From assembly GCA_964016885.1 (NCBI GenBank), contig OZ024762.1, forward strand, positions 8,184,001 through 8,248,000: a stretch of 64,000 bases of DNA, given 5' to 3'. A program made the translations under genes and the position numbers. Numbering within the stretch: position 1 is the stretch's first letter; every line of letters begins with the position of its first letter. The notes under the pieces are model-generated. The model was not told the DNA's origin. It was given only the letters and a program-made list of their open reading frames with translations, and searched no databases. Below are positions 55,318-64,000 of this stretch, piece after piece. The DNA comes from Eledone cirrhosa. Taxonomy: Eukaryota.

Positions 55318-55341
55318 CTATGTTTACATATTGAGCGATCA

Positions 55342-55602
55342 TTAATTGTTTCTATTTTAGGCACAAGGCCAGCACATTATCCCAGTACATTACTGGTACT
55401 TTATTTTATCGACCCCGTAAGGATGAAAGGCAAAGTTAACCTCGGCGGGAATTGAACTCAGATCGTAAAGGGACGTAACTATGGTGGAAAGCATGTCCGA
55501 CCCTCTACCTATACAATTCACCGCCTGAGGGATCATTAATGATTAAGTACCAGTAATACGCTGGGATAATTGCTGGTCTTGTGCCAAAAGTAGAAACAAT
55601 TA
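55342..55602. mobile_element. SINE family B (minus, 55342-55520) plus an inverted 3' fragment (plus, 55545-55602)
   Basis: Match to 3137-3315; the second piece is the reverse complement of its tail. Confidence 0.75.
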
Positions 55603-55852
55603 ATGATTACAATCTCACATCCAGACAAGTATATATACACACACATAGGAAAATGTTCAAGACCCCGACGGCAGAACTCACACACACACACTCCATGTAA
55701 AGATTCACACACATATACACATACATACTTCATGTATAGATTCGCATATATACACATATACACACTCGATATATAGATTCATATATATATATATACACAC
55801 TCGATGTATAGATTCATATAAATACATAGAAATATATATATATACACACACT

Positions 55853-55891
<39 letters not shown>

Positions 55892-56216
55892 AAAATGCCT
55901 ATTACATTATTGTGCCGAAGGGAATTGTTAAAAGCGAGTGAGCAACATAGGCCCCGTGTATTACTGGTACTCTGAATATTGTGTCACCTAACGCTCCGGT
56001 TGGAGGCACCTGATTAGCCACATGGATACATAATTATACACTATGTATGTATATATACATATATACACACATAATATAATGAACACATGTCTTTAAGCAT
56101 GTTTTCTTATTTGTGTTCCATTGTATACAATACATATATACATGTGTGTGTGTATGTATGTATGTATATATACATGTGTGTGTATGTAAGTATGTATATA
56201 TATATGTGTGTGTATG

Positions 56217-56277
<61 letters not shown>

Positions 56278-56582
56278 ATGGACCTATATATGCAATGTTT
56301 ACATATATGTAAATGCGCTTATGGAACCGATGTTTATGTAGATATACATAAAAAATATGTATATAATTGTTAATACAAACATATTGGTTCCATAAACACA
56401 CATATATAGTAACATATGTAGGTATATATGTATATATATATATATATAACATATATAGTAACATATATATATATATAGACATGATGTAAAAATAGTTTGT
56501 AATATTACCATGACGGTTATGTTGACAATATATATGTGTTTGTGTGTGTATGTATAAACAGATCGTTATAAAATATATGACG

Positions 56583-56619
<37 letters not shown>

Positions 56620-56864
56620 TTGTATGTATGGATGTGCTTGTGGTATATACGTGTATATAGTGATTAGATGTTTATAAAGATACACACACACCACACACCT
56701 TTATAGTACACATGTTTTTACAATACATAACAGACACATATTGCAAATGGTCTGTATTATATATGTAGCCTCCCGATGTAGATCGGAGGCTTCCACTCTC
56801 AAAAAAAGATTCTCAGTGCCTAAGTAGAGTATATGTATATTAATTTTATTGTAGAGGTGACTTA

Positions 56865-56935
56865 TACAGGACTAGAACTGTTTCATTCGTAAGAAATCAT
56901 CAGGTTCTTGCGAACGAAACGGTTCTAGTCCTGTA
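56865..56935 (-). ncRNA. 71-nt foldback containing a family G HHR core
   Basis: 31-bp arms; minus strand reads CUGAUGA uUUC uuac GAAu GAAA CAG UU. Confidence 0.5.
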
Positions 56936-56950
56936 GATGTCAATCAATCA

Positions 56951-56987
<37 letters not shown>

Positions 56988-57644
56988 TATACATACACAT
57001 ATATATATATGTATATATATATACAGAGAGAGAAAGAGAAAGGTGACATGTATGTATGTATGCATGCATGTACGTATATATATATATATATATATAATAT
57101 ATATATATATATGTGTGTACACATATATATATGAATATATGCATGTATGTATGTATATATATATATTATATGCAAGTGGAACAGCACGCAATGTAGATAC
57201 AGGAAAATAACCGAGATCAAGTGTTGAAGTGAAGTTGAACAATTTAAAAAAAAAATAACACACAGACTCCAAACTTTAAAGTTTCCAGAAACGAGATCTT
57301 TAGAATCTGTAATCTTCATCTTCGAAGAAAGACAAGTGTCCGAAACATTGAGATTGTTTGTTTTAAAAAAGCACGTCACATTAAATCAGTTCAGTGTAAA
57401 TGATGTTTATTTTAATTTTATCCTCTCAACGAAGTTTTCTATATCCAGATGACAGAGCTTGGCCAAGTCATAACAACGGAGAGATGACAGGAAATATCGA
57501 TAGAAATGGTGATTAAAAGCAGAAATAAATGAGAAAACTGGAACAGAATCTCTATAAAAGTTCGTTGATGTCGTTTGGAAATGATGTTGTGCAGATGAAT
57601 GCAGTGTAAATAATAACAAAAAACAATCAGTAGAATATACTTAC

Positions 57645-57662
57645 CACAAACACTGCCGCCAT
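57645..57662 (-). CDS. Probable first coding exon (MAAVFV, phase-0 intron follows) of an unidentified minus-strand gene
   Basis: Minus strand reads cagcaacATGGCGGCAGTGTTTGTG|GTAAGT: good start context, an overlapping YY1-type CCGCCATNTT motif and a consensus donor, in otherwise non-repetitive sequence. No downstream exon was identified. Confidence 0.55.
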
Positions 57663-58019
57663 GTTGCTGTGGTGCTGACACACACACACATACATTCATA
57701 GAGATACACATACATAATCTAGATTACACATGCACACATACACATTATGACGTACGCATACATAACATAACGTATGTACACATGATATAACGTATACTCC
57801 TCTCCCTCTTTCTCATCTACTTACTTTCTATTCTATCTTTTCTTCTCCTCCCACTTCTTTATCTTAATATCTCTCTCTCATTCCTTTCCTCGCCAAAATA
57901 TTCTTATTTCTTTCTTTCTTTGATTTGCTGACTCTTTCTATTTTACTCCCCTTCTTATCTTAACTCTCTCTCTCTTTCTCTCTTGTATTATCTTTAGTTT
58001 ATCCCCATCTTTTTTCTTT

Positions 58020-58277
58020 CATTCTCTCTCTCTATATATATATATATATTTCATTCACACTCTATTTATCTTTATCTCGCAGTCTCTTCTTTCTTTCTCT
58101 TCCCCCCTCCCTCTCTCTCTCTATATATATATATTTCATTCACTCTCTATTTATCTTTATCTCACAGTCTCTTCTTTCTTTCTCTTTCCACCCTCCCTCT
58201 CTCTCTCTATATATATATATTTCATTCACTCTCTATTTATCTTTATCTCACAGCCTCTTCTTTCTTTCTCTTCCCCC

Positions 58278-58308
<31 letters not shown>

Positions 58309-58945
58309 TCATTCACTCTCTATTTATCTTTATCTCACAGCCTCTTCTTTCTTTCTCTTCCCCCCTCTCTCTCTCTCTCTCTATATATATATATTTCATT
58401 CACTCTCTATTTATCTTTATCTCACAGCCTCTTCTTTCTTTCTCTTCCCCCCTCTCTCTCTCTCTCTCTATATATATATATTTCATTCACTCTCTATTTA
58501 TCTTTATCTCACAGCCTCTTCTTTCTTTCTCTTCCCCCCTCTCTCTCTCTCTCTCTATATATATATATTTCATTCACTCTCTATTTATCTTTATCTCACA
58601 GCCTCTTCTTTCTTTCTCTTCCCCCCTCTCTCTCTCTATATATATATTTCATTCACACTCTATTTATCTTTATCTCGCAGTCTCTTCTTTCTTTCTCTTC
58701 CCCCCTCCCTCTCTCTCTCTATATATATATATTTCATTCACTCTCTATTTATCTTTATCTCACAGTCTCTTCTTTCTTTCTCTTTCCACCCTCCCTCTCT
58801 CTCTCTATATATATATATTTCATTCACTCTCTATTTATCTTTATCTCACAGCCTCTTCTTTCTTTCTCTTCCCCCCTCTCTCTCTCTATATATATATTTC
58901 ATTCACTCTCTATTTATCTTTATCTCACCGTCTCTTCTTTTTCTT
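58020..58945. repeat. Compound minisatellite with variable (CT)n(TA)n
   Basis: tttcattcactctctatttatctttatctcacagcctcttctttctttctcttccccc repeated about 11 times. Confidence 0.9.
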
Positions 58946-59399
58946 TATCTCATTCTCTCTTTTTCCTCTCACCTCCCTAGTTTTTACTCCTCACTCTCTC
59001 CTCTTCCTTCCTCTCTATCATACTCCTCTTTCCATCGATGTCTATTTCTCCACATCTTTATCCAATTTTTTGTCTTTCATTCAATTAATTTTGTTTATCA
59101 ATATTTCCTTCCGCTCTCGTTCTCTCTATTTCCTTCTTCCCTCACGCTCTCTTGTTCTATTTCCTTCCTAACTCAATCACTCTATTTCGATCCTCACTAG
59201 CTTTCTCGTTCTCTTCATTTATTTTCTCACTCGTTTGTTCATTCTTTCTTTTTCCTTCCCACCCGTTCTCTCTCTCTCTTTTACCTTCCTCACTCTCCCT
59301 CTCCCTTTCCTTCACCCTCCCTCGTTCATTCTATTTATTTCCTTCACTGGATCTCTCATTCTCTCTGTCTTTCGTTCATATTTCCTTCACTAATTAACT

Positions 59400-59583
59400 A
59401 TGATTCTATCCCTCTTTTCTTCGTTATCTTTTTTTTAAACATTTCTCATTCACCCCTTTTCTCTCTTATCCTGTTTTCCATATTTCCCACTCTATCTATC
59501 CATCTACTTATCTACCTCTCTCTCTCTCTCAATTTATCTGTGTATCTATCTGTATATGCATGTATCTCTCTGTCTCTCTCTCG

Positions 59584-59630
<47 letters not shown>

Positions 59631-60025
59631 TATCTATCTCTCTCTCTATATATATATATATAGAGAGAGAGAGAGCGAGAGAGAGACAGACAGATATATC
59701 TTTCTCTCTCTCTTTATACATATATACATAGACAGAGAGAGGGGAGAGATACATTTCCTTAATCTGTTTCTTCCCCTCCTCCTATCTTTCTCTATGTATC
59801 TATCTCTATCACTGTATGTCTCTATCTCCCTGTTCCCTCACCACACTCCCTCGCTCATTATTCACTCTCTTTCTCTCTCTGCTTTATATCTTCCTCTTTA
59901 TTCCATTCACCAATGTCTATTACTACTTCTTACTTAACTTAATTGCAGTCTCTTTTATTCTTTTATCCTTTTGATTCTTTCTCCTCGTCTTTTCTTCTTT
60001 TCTTCTCTTATTTCTATCTATCTTC

Positions 60026-60104
<79 letters not shown>

Positions 60105-61155
60105 TCTCTATCACTGTACATCTCTCTTCTCTCTCTGTGTATCTCTCTTCTACTGTATATCTCTCTTCTCTCTCTCTCTTCTTTTTGTCTATCACTGTAC
60201 ATCTCTCCCCTCTCTCTCTCTCTCGCTTCTTTCTGTCTATCACTGTATATCTCTTCTCTCTCTCTCTCTTTCAGTCTATCATTGTATATCTCTCTTCTCT
60301 CTCTCTTCTTTTTGTCTATCACTGTACATCTCTCTCTCTCCTCTCTCTCTCTTTCTGTCTATCACTGTATATCTCTTCTCTCTCTCTCTCTTTCTGTCTA
60401 TCACTGTATATCTCTCTTCTCTCTCGCTTTTTTCTGTCCATCACTGTATCTCTCTCTCTCTCTCTCTCTCTTCTTTCTGTCTATCACTGCAAATCTCTCT
60501 TCTCTCTCTTCTTTCTGTCTATCACTGCAACTCTTTCTTCTCTCTCCCTTCTCTCTGTCTATCACAGTAAATCTCTCTCTCTCTCCCTTCTCTCTGTCTA
60601 TCACAGTAAATCTCTCTCTCTCTCTCTCTCTCCCTTCTCTCTGTCTATCACTGTACATCTCTCTCTCTTCCTTCTCTGTCTATCACTCTATATATCTCTC
60701 CTTTCTCCCTTTTCTCTGACTATCGCTGTGTATCTTTCCCCTGTCTGTCTGTCTGTCATTCTTTCTCTGTCTATTTACTGTCTATATTTCCCTCTCTCTG
60801 TCTTTCTCTTCATTGTCTATTCCACCCTGTCTATCCCCCTTTGTCTACTCTCTCTCTCTCTCTCTCTTTTTATCCCTGTCGATCTATTTCTCTATCTATC
60901 TATCACTGTCCATCCCCCCTCTCTTCGTTTATTTTCCCTTTCTCTTTCCCATCTCCGTCTGTCTATCTACCCCCCGCTCTCACTGTCTATTACTATCTTT
61001 CTCCCCTTCTCCACCCCCTATCTCCGACTTTGTCTATTACTGTCTATCTTCCCCCTTCTCGCCCCCCCCTCTCTCTCTCTCTCTATCACTATTTGTCTGT
61101 CACTATCACTGCCCTCCCTCCCTCTCCGTCTATGTCTGTCCCTCTCTGTTTCTCC

Positions 61156-61187
<32 letters not shown>

Positions 61188-62228
61188 CACACTCCCCTGT
61201 ATCTATCTATCTAATACCTTCACAAATGTCTCTATCCTTCTCCCTTTCTCCCACTCAGGTCTCTCTCACCAATCACTCCATTGTTATCTCACGATACTTT
61301 CATCTTTTATCTCCATCATACCTCTATCTCCCGTTTTTCTTTTCGCTCTTTCTCTTTCCCACGTTCTTTCTCTCTATCTCCTGTTTTTCCTTTTTCTCTC
61401 TGTCTCTTTCCTTCTTTCTCTCTCACCCTCCTGTCTTTTTCTATCACTCTATCTCTCTCTCCTCTCTCTTTTCCTGTTACTCTCTCTCTCTCTCTCTCTT
61501 TCTGTTTCTCCTGCTTTTCCCTTTCACTTTCTCCCTCTTTCTCTCTGCCTGCTGTCCTTGCCTTTCACTTTTTCGTCTCTCTATCTCTCTCTCTCTCTGC
61601 TTTTCCCTCTCGTCTTTAATTTCTTTTTCGCTGTTTTATTCTTTAAACACTTTCTGGATTTCACTTGCACACACACATATATGCATACACTCTCCTTCTC
61701 TCTCTCACACCCACTCTCTCGCTCACACACACGCATATACATACACTCTCCCTCTCTCTCTCACACCCACTCTCTCGCTCACACACACACATATACATAC
61801 ACTCTCCCTCTCTCTCTCACACCCACTCTCTCGTTCACACACACACACACATATACATACACTCTCCCTCTCTCACTCATTCTCTCGCTCACACACACAC
61901 ACATATGCATAAACTCTCCCTCTCTCTCTCACACCCACTCTCTCGCTCACACACACACACACATATGCATACACTCTCCCTCTCTCTCTCTCACACCCAC
62001 TTTCTCGCTCACACACATACACTCTCTCTCTCTTTCACAAACACTCTGTCTCTCTCACACACACACAAAATGATATAATCACACTCTCGCTCACACACAC
62101 ACATATATACAATCACTCCCTCTCTCTTACACACATATACATACACATTTTTTTCTCTCATAATCCATACACACTCTTCTTCCATTCTCCTCTCTTATTC
62201 TTTTTCTTTCGTTCCTTATCTTTCTCCC

Positions 62229-62265
<37 letters not shown>

Positions 62266-62310
62266 CTTCAGTCTATCTATTTATCCATTCATCCATCTCT
62301 CTCGTTCTGT
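59400..62310. repeat. Polypyrimidine low-complexity block with ctatcactgta and ctcacacccac sub-repeats
   Basis: Direct observation. Confidence 0.85.
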
Positions 62311-62319
62311 CTATCTATT

Positions 62320-62806
62320 TATCTGTTTCCTTATTGTTCCTTTCTCTCCGGCGAGCAACTGATTTGTTTTTTCAAATATCATTTTGGAAGAAGAATCAGG
62401 ATGGAGAGAGAGGTGCTGTACCCCAGCAAATTTTATAAAAGGTGGGTGAATGTGGCAAAGATGGCCCGAATGGTTGCGCCTTCTCTCTATATAAGCCTGT
62501 AGGTTGAGGAAAGAGAGGAAGGGAGTACTCACTCTTGGTGCTCCTGGAGATGAGGGTGGTACATTTTTTCGGGGTGTACAACCCCTGTGTAACGCCTCCC
62601 CCCTATTGGGGATATCAATTGTTATTTGTTATTTTATTAATAGTTTTATTTTCATATACCTGTATGTAAACTCCCCATTTGTATTTGTCCCCTTCTTTTG
62701 TGCCCTTGTGGCTAATAAAGAAATGTATCTATCTGTTCCCTTATTCCTCACAAACTCTCAACTTCTCAATCTAACAATCTTTCACCCTTCTTTACATGTT
62801 ACAACA
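62320..62806 (+). mobile_element. Possible solo LTR (or TATA promoter)
   Basis: Unique island with a TATATAAG box (about 62486), AATAAA (62714) and a ...gttacaACA end; no second LTR, PBS or TSD seen. Confidence 0.3.
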
Positions 62807-63097
62807 CACTCTCTCTCTTCTTGCCATCCTTTTCTTACCTTTTGAAGTGTGTGTGTATGTGTGTTTGTCCTCCCTCTTCCTAACACTCTTACCCCAGCTG
62901 CCCCCTTCCTTACTAAGACATTATGTGTGTGTGTGTATGTATGTCCCCTTTTCCTCCTTCCCGCCATCTCCTCCCTCATTGTGTGTCCCCTTCAATCTCT
63001 CTTAGCACCGCTTTTCCCCCTCCTCCTTATTAATATATTGCGTGTGTTTATCCTCCCCCCCCCCCGATTATGTGTGTGTGTGTCTGTGTATTTATCT

Positions 63098-63230
63098 CCA
63101 CCACCCCCTCCTATCTCTCTTATCCACCCCCTTCCTATCTCTCTTATCCACCCCCTTCCTATCTCTCTTATCCACCCCCTTCCTATCTCTCTTATCCACC
63201 CCCTTCCTATCTCTCTTATCCCCCCCCCTT
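63098..63230. repeat. 24-bp unit x5
   Basis: cccccttcctatctctcttatcca. Confidence 0.9.
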
Positions 63231-63479
63231 ACTAACACGTTATGCAACACATGGATTACTTTTCCTATTTTGTTGTCCATTCAAGCAGACATTCTTTCAC
63301 GTTGTTTCTCCGCATACTCATACACACTCACAAACATACATACATATACACACACACACACACAGAAATACATAGATACACTGGTAAACACACAATCTCA
63401 TATATACATACAAACATACATATATACACAGACACATACAAACACACACAAACATACCTACACCCATACACATACATAC

Positions 63480-63780
63480 ACAGGTTACTGGCTGAAGAAT
63501 TTCACCTTTTATCAACAAGATCTCGTACGGTTGTATGGAGAAGGTATCAAGGGCACACAAGAACTGCCCCTATGGTTATCAACTGCCACTACTCTCCTTA
63601 TCTCCCAAAATAGCCAAACCACCCTTGATAAAAAATTACCCCCCCAATAGCCTGCTAGAACATCATGTACAAATTATACACTGGGTGCCTTAATCTGTTC
63701 TTGCAAGATCATTGTGCCACCAACAACTTACACCTGAGCAAGCTGGGGGAAAGAAAGGAAGTCTGGGGGCTGTATAGAAC
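63480..63780 (+). pseudogene. Probable decayed mariner transposase N-terminus
   Basis: Starts at cagg after a CA/TA tract; frameshifted DLVRLYGEG...W, VQIIH and AR..LTPEQ..RKEV resemble the mariner HTH and WVPxxLT regions. Confidence 0.4.
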
Positions 63781-63799
63781 ATCTTAACCCTTTAGTATT

Positions 63800-64000
63800 T
63801 ACATCATCATCATCATCATTTCATTTTACGTCCGCTTTTTCCCTGCTTGCAAGGGTGGGACGGGAACTGATGCTGGCTTGATTTCTACAGCTGGATGCCC
63901 TTCCTAACACCAACCTCATTTACAGTGAGTGCTGGGTGCTTCTTTGCTGCGGCACCTCCACGACCACTTTGCAGTGGAATGATATGGACCCCAGTCCCTA
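63800..64000 (-). mobile_element. Family A SINE 3' half, cut by window edge
   Basis: Matches 3605-3805. Confidence 0.85.

Noticed and set aside
59943-62078. Long Leu/Ser ORFs
   Set aside because: (CT)n low-complexity sequence
63725-63765. 11-nt minus-strand micro-exon (cag|cttgctcaggt|gtaagt)
   Set aside because: Lies within the probable mariner remnant; could be chance without RNA data

Overview
Repeat-saturated animal genomic DNA. The tRNA/CORE SINEs and RTE tails resemble those of octopus (coleoid cephalopod); this is an inference. No complete protein-coding gene is visible, and almost every ORF in the track is a microsatellite or minisatellite artefact. The window holds two SINE families, decayed RTE-LINE 3' ends, piggyBac-, mariner- and Helitron-type non-autonomous elements, a 9.3-kb array of a 41-bp satellite, several TE-derived minisatellites and one probable minus-strand first coding exon (MAAVFV|gtaagt, 57662-57645). 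The main hidden signal is about 20 minimal type-I hammerhead-ribozyme (HHR) motifs, some intact and some decayed, of the form CUGAnGA-stem II-GAAA-palindromic stem III-NUH, from several distinct sequence families. They lie in short elements, mostly inside (TA)n tracts, arranged as tandem or inverted copies like Penelope pseudo-LTRs or non-LTR retrozymes. One copy has both a filled and an empty site within a recent inverted duplication. All calls were made by eye, with no folding or database searches.
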